Shown here: positions 50,003 to 58,366 of the stretch, piece by piece
Layout of the letters: every line of letters starts with the position of its first letter
How positions within the stretch are numbered: position 1 is the first letter of the stretch
Assembly (NCBI GenBank): GCA_963716745.1
Contig: OY970320.1
Location: forward strand, 2,912,001 to 2,976,000
Reading direction: 5' to 3'
DNA length: 64,000 nucleotides
Origin: an uncultured Gemmatimonadaceae bacterium
GTDB lineage: Bacteria; Gemmatimonadota; Gemmatimonadetes; Gemmatimonadales; Gemmatimonadaceae
Notes under the pieces: model-generated
The model's input: only the letters and a program-made list of their open reading frames with translations
Told to the model about the DNA's origin: nothing
The model's database searches: none
Made by a program: the position numbers and the translations under genes

Positions 50003-51919
50003 ATGACTCGCTCGTCCACCGCGGCGGCAACGGTTCCGCCGTCCGTCGTCATCCTCGGCTCGGATGCGCTGCTCACCGCGCTGCCGGCCACGCCGACGCA
50101 GCTCGCCAATGCGTGCTATGCGGCGGGGTTCGAGGGCGTATTCCCCGCGAGCTGGGGGGACGAGCTGGTGGCCGCCGGGTGCCTGAAGAATCTCGAGACG
50201 CGCGTGGGACCGGCGATCCTGTGCACGTGCCCGCTCGTGTCGGAGCAGCTGCGCGGGGTCGCGCCGTTGCAGCGATTCCAACTGCATCTGATCTCGCCGC
50301 CGGTGGCCGCGGCGCGCTACCTGCGCGCGCTCTGCGACGACGCGCCGCTGCGCATCACCTACGTGGGCGATTGCCCCGGTGCGGAGAACGACGTGATCGA
50401 CGAGCACGTGTCGCCCTCCGACTTCCTGAGTCGTCTCGCGGAGCGCGGCATCACGCCGATGTCGCAGCGTCCCGATCTCGGCGCGAACGTGCCCCGCGAC
50501 CGCCGCCGCTTCTACTCGCTGCCCGGCGGAGCGCCCACGCCCGAATGGCTCTCCGCGGATTGGCCGAAGCGGATCCTCGTGGACACCGACGCCGGTGACG
50601 CCCTCGCCGACCTCGCGCATCACGCGCTCGCGCGCGAGAGCACGCTCATCGATTTCGCGCCGCAGCTCGGCTGCGCGTGCAGCGGATCGATCGGCGGCAT
50701 CGCGCCCGCGGAGGCGCGAAAGGCGGTGGCCGAGCTGGAGCCGCAGCGTGCGCGACAGGAAGTGCTGGATCCCGATCTGCGGGTCGCGGTGGAATCACTG
50801 GTGCCGATGGGCGCCGGCGGCGAGGAGGTCACCTGGGATGATTTCCTCGCATCGCTACCGGGCACGCTGGCGCCGGACGGATCGCCGGGCGATGCGGCGG
50901 TGCATCCCGGTGCGAGCGCGCCCCCGCCGCAGCGGCGGTCGCGCGAAGGGGCCGTGTTGCCGCGCGCCTACGCGACGCCAAGGGTGACGCGCCGGCGCGC
51001 GGGCGCGGGCGAAGGGAGCATCTCGGGCGAGATGCCGGCGGTGCGCGCGAGCGCACCCGTTCCGGAGACCCGTCTCACGCCGGCGCCCGCGATGAGCACC
51101 GCGGTCGCCCCCGCGTCAACGCGCAGCACGCAGCCGGTGCCGCGGCGCTCGCAGCTCGTGGAGGGCGCGAGCATACCGCGCTTCCCGGTGCCGGTGCGCC
51201 CGGCGATCACGCCGGCGGACCGGTGGCTGCTCATCGCGATCGTGCTCGGGGCGAGCGCATTGAGCGCGTCGGTCGCGAGCTATCTCACCGTGCGCGCGAC
51301 CGCGGGACGTCCGGCGCCGGTGAGCGCGTCGGGCACCGTGGCCGTCGCGCCGCCCCAGCACGCCGTGGCACCGCTGCCCGCTGTGCGCGACAGCGAGGCG
51401 ACCGTGGTGCGTGTGGATCCGCCGGCATCGCTCCAGTCGCTGCGGGCGACGCCGCCGCCGCTTGGCGATCAGCGCACACTCGCCGCGGCAGCGGCGCCAC
51501 GTGGCCGGCCCATGACGCCGGCGCCCGCGCCGGCGAAGTTGCAGCGTCGCGGCAAGCCTGTGGTGATCCCTCCGGCGCCGCCCCCCGCGCCCGCGCCGCC
51601 GCTGCCGCGCGACGCGAGCGCCGACGCGCCGCCGATCGTCATCCCGGTCGCACCGATGGCGGCGACATCGCCGGCGCCGGTCGCGGCGACTCCGGCGCCG
51701 AGCGTCGCGCCGACGGATAGCGCGCCGCCGGCCGCGGCGGCTGTCGCCGCGCCGGTGCCCGCTGCCGCGTCAACGGTGGCGGCGCCGCCGGCCGCGCCGC
51801 CCGTGGACATCGCCGCCGAACTCAAAGCGATCCGCGAAGAATTGAACGCGCGCAAGCATCGTGTCGACTCGCTCAGCCGCTCGCTGGACTCGCTGAAGAG
51901 CGCGTCGCCGCCGCGCTGA
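50003..51919 (+). CDS. [FeFe]-hydrogenase large-subunit C-terminal-like domain fused to TM helix, Pro/Ala-rich stalk and coiled coil
   Basis: AGFEGVFPASWGDELVA, PAILCTCP, LISPPVAAARYLR, ITYVGDCP, GCAC resemble the degenerate H-domain fold. Confidence 0.65.
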   Translation: MTRSSTAAATVPPSVVILGSDALLTALPATPTQLANACYAAGFEGVFPASWGDELVAAGCLKNLETRVGPAILCTCPLVSEQLRGVAPLQRFQLHLISPPVAAARYLRALCDDAPLRITYVGDCPGAENDVIDEHVSPSDFLSRLAERGITPMSQRPDLGANVPRDRRRFYSLPGGAPTPEWLSADWPKRILVDTDAGDALADLAHHALARESTLIDFAPQLGCACSGSIGGIAPAEARKAVAELEPQRARQEVLDPDLRVAVESLVPMGAGGEEVTWDDFLASLPGTLAPDGSPGDAAVHPGASAPPPQRRSREGAVLPRAYATPRVTRRRAGAGEGSISGEMPAVRASAPVPETRLTPAPAMSTAVAPASTRSTQPVPRRSQLVEGASIPRFPVPVRPAITPADRWLLIAIVLGASALSASVASYLTVRATAGRPAPVSASGTVAVAPPQHAVAPLPAVRDSEATVVRVDPPASLQSLRATPPPLGDQRTLAAAAAPRGRPMTPAPAPAKLQRRGKPVVIPPAPPPAPAPPLPRDASADAPPIVIPVAPMAATSPAPVAATPAPSVAPTDSAPPAAAAVAAPVPAAASTVAAPPAAPPVDIAAELKAIREELNARKHRVDSLSRSLDSLKSASPPR

Positions 51920-51926
51920 GCGTCGC

Positions 51927-52424
51927 ATGCTGAGCGCGCTCATCGCGATGTGGATCGCCGGCGCGGCGCCGCCGGCGCACGGGGACTCGACCGCGGTGAA
52001 CCGGTTCCTCTGGTACGACGCCGCGGCGCGCACCGCACATGTGCGGATCGTCGCCGCGTTCGATGGCGCCAATGGCGGGATGAATTTCAACGGCGCGTCC
52101 AACGGCGGCGCGACGATCGCGGTCCCGCTCGGCTGGAACGTGCTCGTCGCATTCGTGAATCGTGACGCGGTCCCGCACTCGGCGATCATCATCGCGTCGG
52201 GAGCGGCGCTGCCGGCCATCCCGGAGACACCCGCCTTCGGCGGCGCGTACACCACCGGGCTCACCGCCGGACTCGGCACCGACCAGACCGACGTCATGCG
52301 CTTCGCCGCGTCGCCGGCGGGAGAGTACATTCTCGTGTGCGGCGTGCCCGGACACGGCGCGAGCGGGATGTGGATCCGCTTCAAAGTGTCGCCCAGCGCC
52401 AGCACGCCCGCGTACACCCCATGA
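51927..52424 (+). CDS. Sulfocyanin-like blue copper protein
   Basis: MNFNG..VPLGWNV..NRDAVPHS..CGVPGHGASGMW; type-1 Cu ligands His, Cys, His, Met. Confidence 0.88.
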   Translation: MLSALIAMWIAGAAPPAHGDSTAVNRFLWYDAAARTAHVRIVAAFDGANGGMNFNGASNGGATIAVPLGWNVLVAFVNRDAVPHSAIIIASGAALPAIPETPAFGGAYTTGLTAGLGTDQTDVMRFAASPAGEYILVCGVPGHGASGMWIRFKVSPSASTPAYTP

Positions 52425-52436
52425 CGAGCCCCGCCG

Positions 52437-53696
52437 ATGCTCAGCGCTGACCAGATCCAGGTCCTGATCTCGTACATCGGTGTCATCGTGCAGCTCGTGG
52501 GCTCGGTGCTCCTGGTGGTGTTCTTCTTCCTGCTGCGCCGCAACATGTCGCGCAAAGCGTACTTCGGCATGTGGGGATGGGCGTGGCTGTTCGTCACGCT
52601 CGCGATCCTGATGCTCGTCTATCGCTACCGTGCGATGCCGAATTTCGATTCGGGCGCGTCGGGCGACTCCGCGACCGGCGTGCGGGTGCTGTACATGGGC
52701 TACATGTTCTTGAAACTGCTTTACTTGGAATGCCTGGTGGCCGGCACTGTCATGTATGCCACCGGTCTCAGGGCGCGCCGCTATTTCACGATCACCATCG
52801 TGGGCGCGATCGGCTACTCGATCATCTCGGTGCTGGTCGGGCAGGACCTGAACGCCATCGTCGTGTGGCAATCGCCGGTCGCGGTCGCGGCGTTCACCTA
52901 TTGCGCGTACACGCTCCTGCGGCTCTCGCCCTCGCGGCGGAGCCTGGGCAGCGAGACCACTGGCACGATCTTCGGACTCGCCGGCGCGGTGTGGGCGCTC
53001 TACGCCGGCGCGTTCGGCCTGAACCTGGTGGGATCGCCCGAGCACAATCCGCTCATCGAGGTCGTGCGTCACAATTCGTACGTGGACATCCTCGTGCAGG
53101 TGCTGCTCGGGTTCGGCATGGTGGTGATGCTCCTCGAGGACGCGAAGCGCGAGGTGGACGACGCGCACGCCGAGTTGGAAGTGGCGCACAATCACCTGCG
53201 ACGCGAGGCGCTGTTGGATCCGCTCACCGAGGCGCTCAACCGCCGTGCGTTCAGCGAGGGCGTGGGCCTCGATACCGCCAAGGCGGCGTTCGGCACCGTC
53301 GCGATGCTGGACATGGACAACTTGAAGGTGACCAACGACTCACACGGCCACGCCGCGGGCGACGCGCTGCTCCGGTATGTGGTGCGGGTGCTGCGCACGA
53401 CCGTGCGTCCGTCGGATCGCGTCTACCGGTGGGGCGGGGATGAATTCCTCGTCGTGCTGCCCGGCGCCTCGCTCGAGGACGCGGAGTACCGGCTCGGCCA
53501 CGCGATCGCGACGGCGATGCCGCTGGTGCTGCCGGCGGTCACCGAGTCGCTGCCGCTCCTCGTGAGCGTAGGATGCGCGCCGTACGCGGGCGCTGAGGAG
53601 CTGATCCAGGCGATCGACGCCGCCGACCATGCGATGTACGCGCAGAAGGCCCGCCGGAAATCACGCGGCATGCCGGCCGCGCAGTCGGTCGCGTGA
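52437..53696 (+). CDS. Membrane-bound diguanylate cyclase
   Basis: About 7 TM helices; DPLT..NRR, NDSHGHAAGD, I-site RPSD, intact GGDEF. Confidence 0.93.
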   Translation: MLSADQIQVLISYIGVIVQLVGSVLLVVFFFLLRRNMSRKAYFGMWGWAWLFVTLAILMLVYRYRAMPNFDSGASGDSATGVRVLYMGYMFLKLLYLECLVAGTVMYATGLRARRYFTITIVGAIGYSIISVLVGQDLNAIVVWQSPVAVAAFTYCAYTLLRLSPSRRSLGSETTGTIFGLAGAVWALYAGAFGLNLVGSPEHNPLIEVVRHNSYVDILVQVLLGFGMVVMLLEDAKREVDDAHAELEVAHNHLRREALLDPLTEALNRRAFSEGVGLDTAKAAFGTVAMLDMDNLKVTNDSHGHAAGDALLRYVVRVLRTTVRPSDRVYRWGGDEFLVVLPGASLEDAEYRLGHAIATAMPLVLPAVTESLPLLVSVGCAPYAGAEELIQAIDAADHAMYAQKARRKSRGMPAAQSVA

Positions 53697-53700
53697 TCCG

Positions 53701-54096
53701 ATGAAGCTGCGCGACAAGGCGGAGATCGTGGTCGCCTGCGCGCTGTTGCCGCCCGCTCTGGAACTGCTGCCAGCCGCGCGCGTCGTCGCGTGGCTCCGCC
53801 GCGTGCGCCCGCGCCGCCGGGAGGCACTCTCGGGTGAACGTTATGCGGAGGCGGTGGACCGGGTACTGAACCGCGCGCCATCGATCTGGCGGAACACATG
53901 CTTGCGGCGCGCGGTGGTACTCGAGTTCCTGCTGCGACGGAGCGGGAGGGAGGCGGAAGTGGTGATCGGAGTGCGCCGGGCGGCGAGTGGGAGCATCGAG
54001 GCGCATGCGTGGCTGAAGTGCGAGGGAGTGGAGCCGTACTTGGATCCGGAAGATCTCGAGACTTTCGTGCGGATGACGGCACCACGAACTACGTGA
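53701..54096 (+). CDS. Lasso-peptide B2-like / transglutaminase-like cysteine protease
   Basis: NTCLRRAVVL..VVIGVR..IEAHAWL..G motif pattern. Confidence 0.85.
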   Translation: MKLRDKAEIVVACALLPPALELLPAARVVAWLRRVRPRRREALSGERYAEAVDRVLNRAPSIWRNTCLRRAVVLEFLLRRSGREAEVVIGVRRAASGSIEAHAWLKCEGVEPYLDPEDLETFVRMTAPRTT

Positions 54097-54280
54097 GTAC
54101 CGAGTCGTGCGTGTTCGACCACTGACCACGTGAGTACCGAGTCGTGCGTGTTCGACCACCAACGGCGTGAGTACCGAGTCGTGCGTGACTCGGTACTCAC
54201 GCATTAAGTGGTCCAACACGCACGACTCGGTACGAACGCATCAAGTGGTCGAACACGCACGACTCGGCACTCACGTAGTT
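54087..54280. repeat. Palindromic array of 31-bp units (direct copies then inverted copies, 6-nt spacers)
   Basis: Unit CGTGAGTACCGAGTCGTGCGTGTTCGACCAC at 54092, 54129, partial at 54166; inverted at 54188 (partial), 54208, 54245; ends AACTAC / GTAGTT. Confidence 0.93.
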
Positions 54281-54294
54281 AGTGGTTAGAAAGT

Positions 54295-54333
54295 AGAACG
54301 CCCGCGGCGCCTGTTCAGCGCCGCGGGCGTTCT
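54295..54333. terminator. Perfect 16-bp hairpin, probable terminator for the minus-strand lipoprotein gene
   Basis: AGAACGCCCGCGGCGC-ctgttca-GCGCCGCGGGCGTTCT. Confidence 0.7.
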
Positions 54334-54347
54334 TCAGTGCCTGGGAA

Positions 54348-55208
54348 CTAGTGGCAGTTCGAAACCGCGTGCGTATCCAGGTCCAAGTCGCAGATCACCC
54401 CTCCATCCTGCAGCGTCGCGACGTTCGTGCCGTTGAAGGTCACGATCAGGTGGAGCGTGTCGGTCTGGCTGAAGCTGCCGGCTACGAAGTTGGCGGTCAT
54501 GCCGATCGTGATCGAGCCCGAGAGCGGGTACGGATTCGCCGAGCGCGGCATCTGGAAGGTCACGGCGGAAACGGTGTCGCCGCCCGTCATCGTGAGGATG
54601 CGCTCCACGTTGTTCTCGCTCCACGTCGCGACATGGTGCTGCGCCGCGATGCCGGTCCAGACGTGCTGCGGCCTCGCGACCGGCGGCGCGCCGTCGCCCG
54701 CGCTGCGGACGACCACCAGGCTCGCCGCGCTCGAATCATCAACGGTCACGTCGCGGCCATTGCGCACGGCCGAGTTCAGCGTGCCATCGGCGGTCCACTT
54801 GTGGTTCACCGAATCGGTGGGCGACGGGTTGTTCCACCACAGATCGTAGTTCGTGCCGGCCCAGAAGCGGATCGAGCGCGTGATCGTGACGTGCACGCCG
54901 GAGTCCACCACCGCCACACAGTTGTACCAACCGTTGCTGTCGGGCCCGCTGCAGTTCACGGTCGTTGGCGCGACGACGTTGGCCGAGCCGTTGGACACGT
55001 CGTTGGCCGCTCCGTACGCGGCTTCATTGTCATCGAGTTCCTTGATCGTCAACGCGGCGCCTTCGCCCGCGCCCTGGCGCGCACTGGCGGTGACTTCCGC
55101 GGAGGTCGGCGTGCCGTTGCCCGACGTCGTGTTGTCGCTCGAGCAGGCGGCGAGGCCGAAGAGCACGGCCGCGGCGCCGACGCTGTACGACAGGATCTTG
55201 CGATTCAT
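54348..55208 (-). CDS. Hypothetical lipoprotein, beta-rich
   Basis: Lipobox LAAC; Ser/Thr/Asp-rich mature region. Confidence 0.8.
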   Translation of the reverse strand: MNRKILSYSVGAAAVLFGLAACSSDNTTSGNGTPTSAEVTASARQGAGEGAALTIKELDDNEAAYGAANDVSNGSANVVAPTTVNCSGPDSNGWYNCVAVVDSGVHVTITRSIRFWAGTNYDLWWNNPSPTDSVNHKWTADGTLNSAVRNGRDVTVDDSSAASLVVVRSAGDGAPPVARPQHVWTGIAAQHHVATWSENNVERILTMTGGDTVSAVTFQMPRSANPYPLSGSITIGMTANFVAGSFSQTDTLHLIVTFNGTNVATLQDGGVICDLDLDTHAVSNCH

Positions 55209-55357
55209 ATCAGGCCTCAGGAAATGGGGTGAACGGGTTCAGTGTGCCCTGCTCACGGTGTCTGACGAACGGCCTGCGAGGACGTTAAGAGGCCCCGCTT
55301 GCCCGCGCCGTGGACGCAACGTACATCTCGCGTCACCCACACTCCGATGCCGATTCT

Positions 55358-56800
55358 GTGACCCAGCGCACATCCACGGGCGCCACCGCGCCCGTTCGTT
55401 CCCGTACGAAGATCGTCTGCACGCTCGGCCCCGCTTCCTCGTCGCCCGAGGTGCTCCGTTCCCTCATGGAGGCCGGCCTCAACGTCGCGCGCATCAACTT
55501 CTCGCACGGGACGCACGAGGAGCACGCCGAGACGATCGCGACGGTGCGCATGATCGCGAAGGAGATGCGGCGTCCCGTGGCGATCCTCGGCGACCTGCAG
55601 GGGCCGCGCATCCGGGTGGGCGACCTCACGGCGCCACTCGAATTGGAGGATGGCGCGCTCGTGGTGCTCGCGCCCGAAGAGACCGCCGCGCGCGGAGAGA
55701 TCCCGGTCACATACGACGGTCTCGCGCGCGATGTGCGCTTGGGCAGCCGCGTGCTCATGGATGATGGTCTCATCGAGCTCACGGTCACCGAGGTACGTGC
55801 GCATGCGGTGGGCGCGCGCGTCGTGCACGGCGGCACGCTGCGCGAACACAAGGGGCTGAACCTGCCCGGCGTGGTGGTGAGCGCGCCGTCGCTCACCGAC
55901 AAGGATCGCGCCGACATCGAGTTCGCGGTCGCGCAGGACCTGGACTACCTCGCGCTGAGCTTCGTGCGCAAGGCGGACGACATCCGCGCACTGCGCGCGC
56001 TCGTGCCGAAGGGGCTCCTCCTCATCGCGAAGATCGAGAAGGACACCGCGGTCGCCGATATCACGACGATCGTCGAGACCGCGGATGCGGTGATGGTCGC
56101 GCGTGGCGATCTCGGCGTCGAGCTGCCGTTCGAGGAGGTGCCGATCGCGCAGAAGCGCATCATCGCGGTCGCGAACGCGGTCGGGCGCCCGGTGATCACG
56201 GCCACGCAGATGCTCGAATCCATGGTGACCAATCCGCGACCCACGCGCGCGGAAGCGAGCGACGTCGCGAACGCGATCCTCGACGGCACCGACGCGGTGA
56301 TGCTGAGCGCGGAGACCGCCGCGGGCGCGTACCCGCGGCTGAGCGTGGAGGCGATGACGCGCATCATCATGGAGATCGAGCGCCACCCCGCGCCGGCGCA
56401 CGCGCGACGCGCGCGCGACGTCGGCGGCGATGCGCCGGCGCGCACGGAGGATGCGATCGCCGCGGCGACGTCGGCCGCCGCGCACTCGCTGCACGCGCCG
56501 CTGGTCATCGTGTTCACGAAGGGCGGCTCGAGCGCGCGCGTCGTGGCGTCGCACCGGCCTGACGTGCCCATTCTGGCGGTCACCGATCTCGAGCGCACGT
56601 ACCGCCAGCTGTCGCTGGTGTGGGGCGTGCAGCCGGAACTCGTGCCCCACGCCGAGAACTACGATCAGATGTTCACGCGCGCGCGCGAAGTGATCGCGCG
56701 CACCGGCATCGCGCGGCCCGGCGATCGCGTGCTCGTCACCGCCGGCGTGCCGTTCGATGTGCCGGGGTCCACCAATCTCCTGAAGGTGGAAGTGTTGTGA
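55358..56800 (+). CDS. pyk: Pyruvate kinase
   Basis: RTKIVCTLGPAS, ARINFSHG, DLQGPRIR, AKIE, MVARGDLG, TATQMLESM, PTRAE, MLSAETA. Confidence 0.97.
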   Translation: MTQRTSTGATAPVRSRTKIVCTLGPASSSPEVLRSLMEAGLNVARINFSHGTHEEHAETIATVRMIAKEMRRPVAILGDLQGPRIRVGDLTAPLELEDGALVVLAPEETAARGEIPVTYDGLARDVRLGSRVLMDDGLIELTVTEVRAHAVGARVVHGGTLREHKGLNLPGVVVSAPSLTDKDRADIEFAVAQDLDYLALSFVRKADDIRALRALVPKGLLLIAKIEKDTAVADITTIVETADAVMVARGDLGVELPFEEVPIAQKRIIAVANAVGRPVITATQMLESMVTNPRPTRAEASDVANAILDGTDAVMLSAETAAGAYPRLSVEAMTRIIMEIERHPAPAHARRARDVGGDAPARTEDAIAAATSAAAHSLHAPLVIVFTKGGSSARVVASHRPDVPILAVTDLERTYRQLSLVWGVQPELVPHAENYDQMFTRAREVIARTGIARPGDRVLVTAGVPFDVPGSTNLLKVEVL

Positions 56801-57576
56801 GACTGACGTTCCTCGGCACCGGAACGAGCTATGGCGTTCCGCAGATCGGCTGCCATTGCGCCGTCTGTGAGAGCACCGACCCTCGCGACCGGCGCACGAG
56901 GAGCGGCGCGGTGGTGGAGACCGGCACGGGGAAGCGGCTGCTCATCGATACGCCGCCGGAACTCCGGCTGCAGCTCACCGGCGCGGGGATCGACGCGGTG
57001 GACGCCGTGCTGTACACGCACGAACACGCGGACCACACGCACGGGATCGATGACCTCCGCGCGATCTCACAGCGGAAGCGCGCGCCGATCCCCGTATACG
57101 GCCCGGGTCCCACCATGGAGAGTCTGGCGAAGCGCTTCCCGTACATCTTCGACGAACTCATTCGCCCGGCACCGGGCACCAACAAGCCCGAGGGGACATT
57201 CCATGTGCTCGCCTCCGGCACGCCAGTGCGGATCGCGGATGTCGACGTGATGCCGATCGCGGTGCCGCACGGGACTATGGAGGTGCTCGGGTATCGGATC
57301 GGTGCCATCGGCTATGTCACGGATGCGAAGGAACTGCCAGACGAGGCGCTGGCGCTTCTGCGCGGCGTGCGGGTGCTCGTGCTGAACGCGCTGCTGCGGC
57401 ACGCGCATCCCACGCATCTGTCGATCGACGAGGCGGTGAAGACCGCGAAGCGCGTCGGCGCCGCGCAAACGTTCCTCACGCACCTGACGCACGAGAACAG
57501 TCACGCCGCGCTCGCCGCCGAGCTGCCGCCGGGGATCGCGCCCGCGTATGACGGACTGAGCGTCGCGTTGGACTAA
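56797..57576 (+). CDS. MBL-fold metallo-hydrolase (PhnP/YycJ-like)
   Basis: FLGTGTSYGVP..CHCAVC, THEHADHTHG, HPTH, THLTH. Confidence 0.93.
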   Translation: MRLTFLGTGTSYGVPQIGCHCAVCESTDPRDRRTRSGAVVETGTGKRLLIDTPPELRLQLTGAGIDAVDAVLYTHEHADHTHGIDDLRAISQRKRAPIPVYGPGPTMESLAKRFPYIFDELIRPAPGTNKPEGTFHVLASGTPVRIADVDVMPIAVPHGTMEVLGYRIGAIGYVTDAKELPDEALALLRGVRVLVLNALLRHAHPTHLSIDEAVKTAKRVGAAQTFLTHLTHENSHAALAAELPPGIAPAYDGLSVALD

Positions 57577-57661
57577 GTCCCGATTGACTCAACCGGGCCG
57601 CGCGTTCATCCTCTGAGGGCGGGCGGCAGGACTTCGGTCACGCTCATCTCGGGAGATCAAC

Positions 57662-58366
57662 ATGTCGATCATCACGCTGCGGCGGCTCGCCGCCATCACG
57701 ATCGTCGCCGCCGGCTGTACCAAGGCCGCGGACAAATCCGCTGCAACGACGATGGATTCTTCGAAAGCGATGGCGCCGGCCAGCACCGCGCCCGCGAAGG
57801 GCGTCGCGGTGAAGACCAACGAGCCGGCGATCCAGAAGGTCGAAGCGAACGCCGAGCCCAAGGCCGCCGCGCCGAAGAAGAAGGCGGCGCCGCCGAAGAA
57901 GGGCGAAGCGCCGGTGACCGGCGTGGGCAAGGGCAAGCTCGCGGTCACCACCACGCACAAGCCCAACGAACAGGCGGTCGTGATGCAGGAGCAAGTGGAC
58001 TTCGCCGGCGACGGCGTGGCCGAGCAGGCCGATGTGACGGTGGATGATTACCAGCACATCGCGTTCGCGTACGCCGTCGAGGACGAGACGTGCAAGGACG
58101 GCACCGTGGTGCACGGCGCCGAAATACTCGCGGTGTACGGTCCGAACAATTCCATGAAGCAACCCGTGGGATCCGGTTGGTATGCGGCGGAATTGTCAGC
58201 CGGCCAATGCGGTGCTTCGGAGTCCACGATCTGGGGCGTTCGGTTCGATGCGAACGGGAACGTGACGGCGGAAGGGTTCGCGATGATCGATCCGCGGACG
58301 AACGATCTCGTGTTCGTCGCGGCGTCGGATTCCACGATGGCTCCCGCTCCCGCGAAGAAGCCGTAG
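57662..58366 (+). CDS. Hypothetical lipoprotein
   Basis: RBS GGGAG, lipobox VAAGC, Ala/Lys/Pro-rich linker, globular C-terminus. Confidence 0.8.
   Translation: MSIITLRRLAAITIVAAGCTKAADKSAATTMDSSKAMAPASTAPAKGVAVKTNEPAIQKVEANAEPKAAAPKKKAAPPKKGEAPVTGVGKGKLAVTTTHKPNEQAVVMQEQVDFAGDGVAEQADVTVDDYQHIAFAYAVEDETCKDGTVVHGAEILAVYGPNNSMKQPVGSGWYAAELSAGQCGASESTIWGVRFDANGNVTAEGFAMIDPRTNDLVFVAASDSTMAPAPAKKP

Noticed and set aside
50003..51919. Functional [FeFe]-hydrogenase
   Set aside because: H-cluster motifs are degenerate, there are no ferredoxin domains, and no maturases are nearby
53701..54096. Lasso peptide biosynthetic gene cluster
   Set aside because: No cyclase, RRE or precursor is identifiable
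54087..54280. CRISPR array
   Set aside because: Spacers are only 6 nt, half the units are inverted, and no cas genes are in the window
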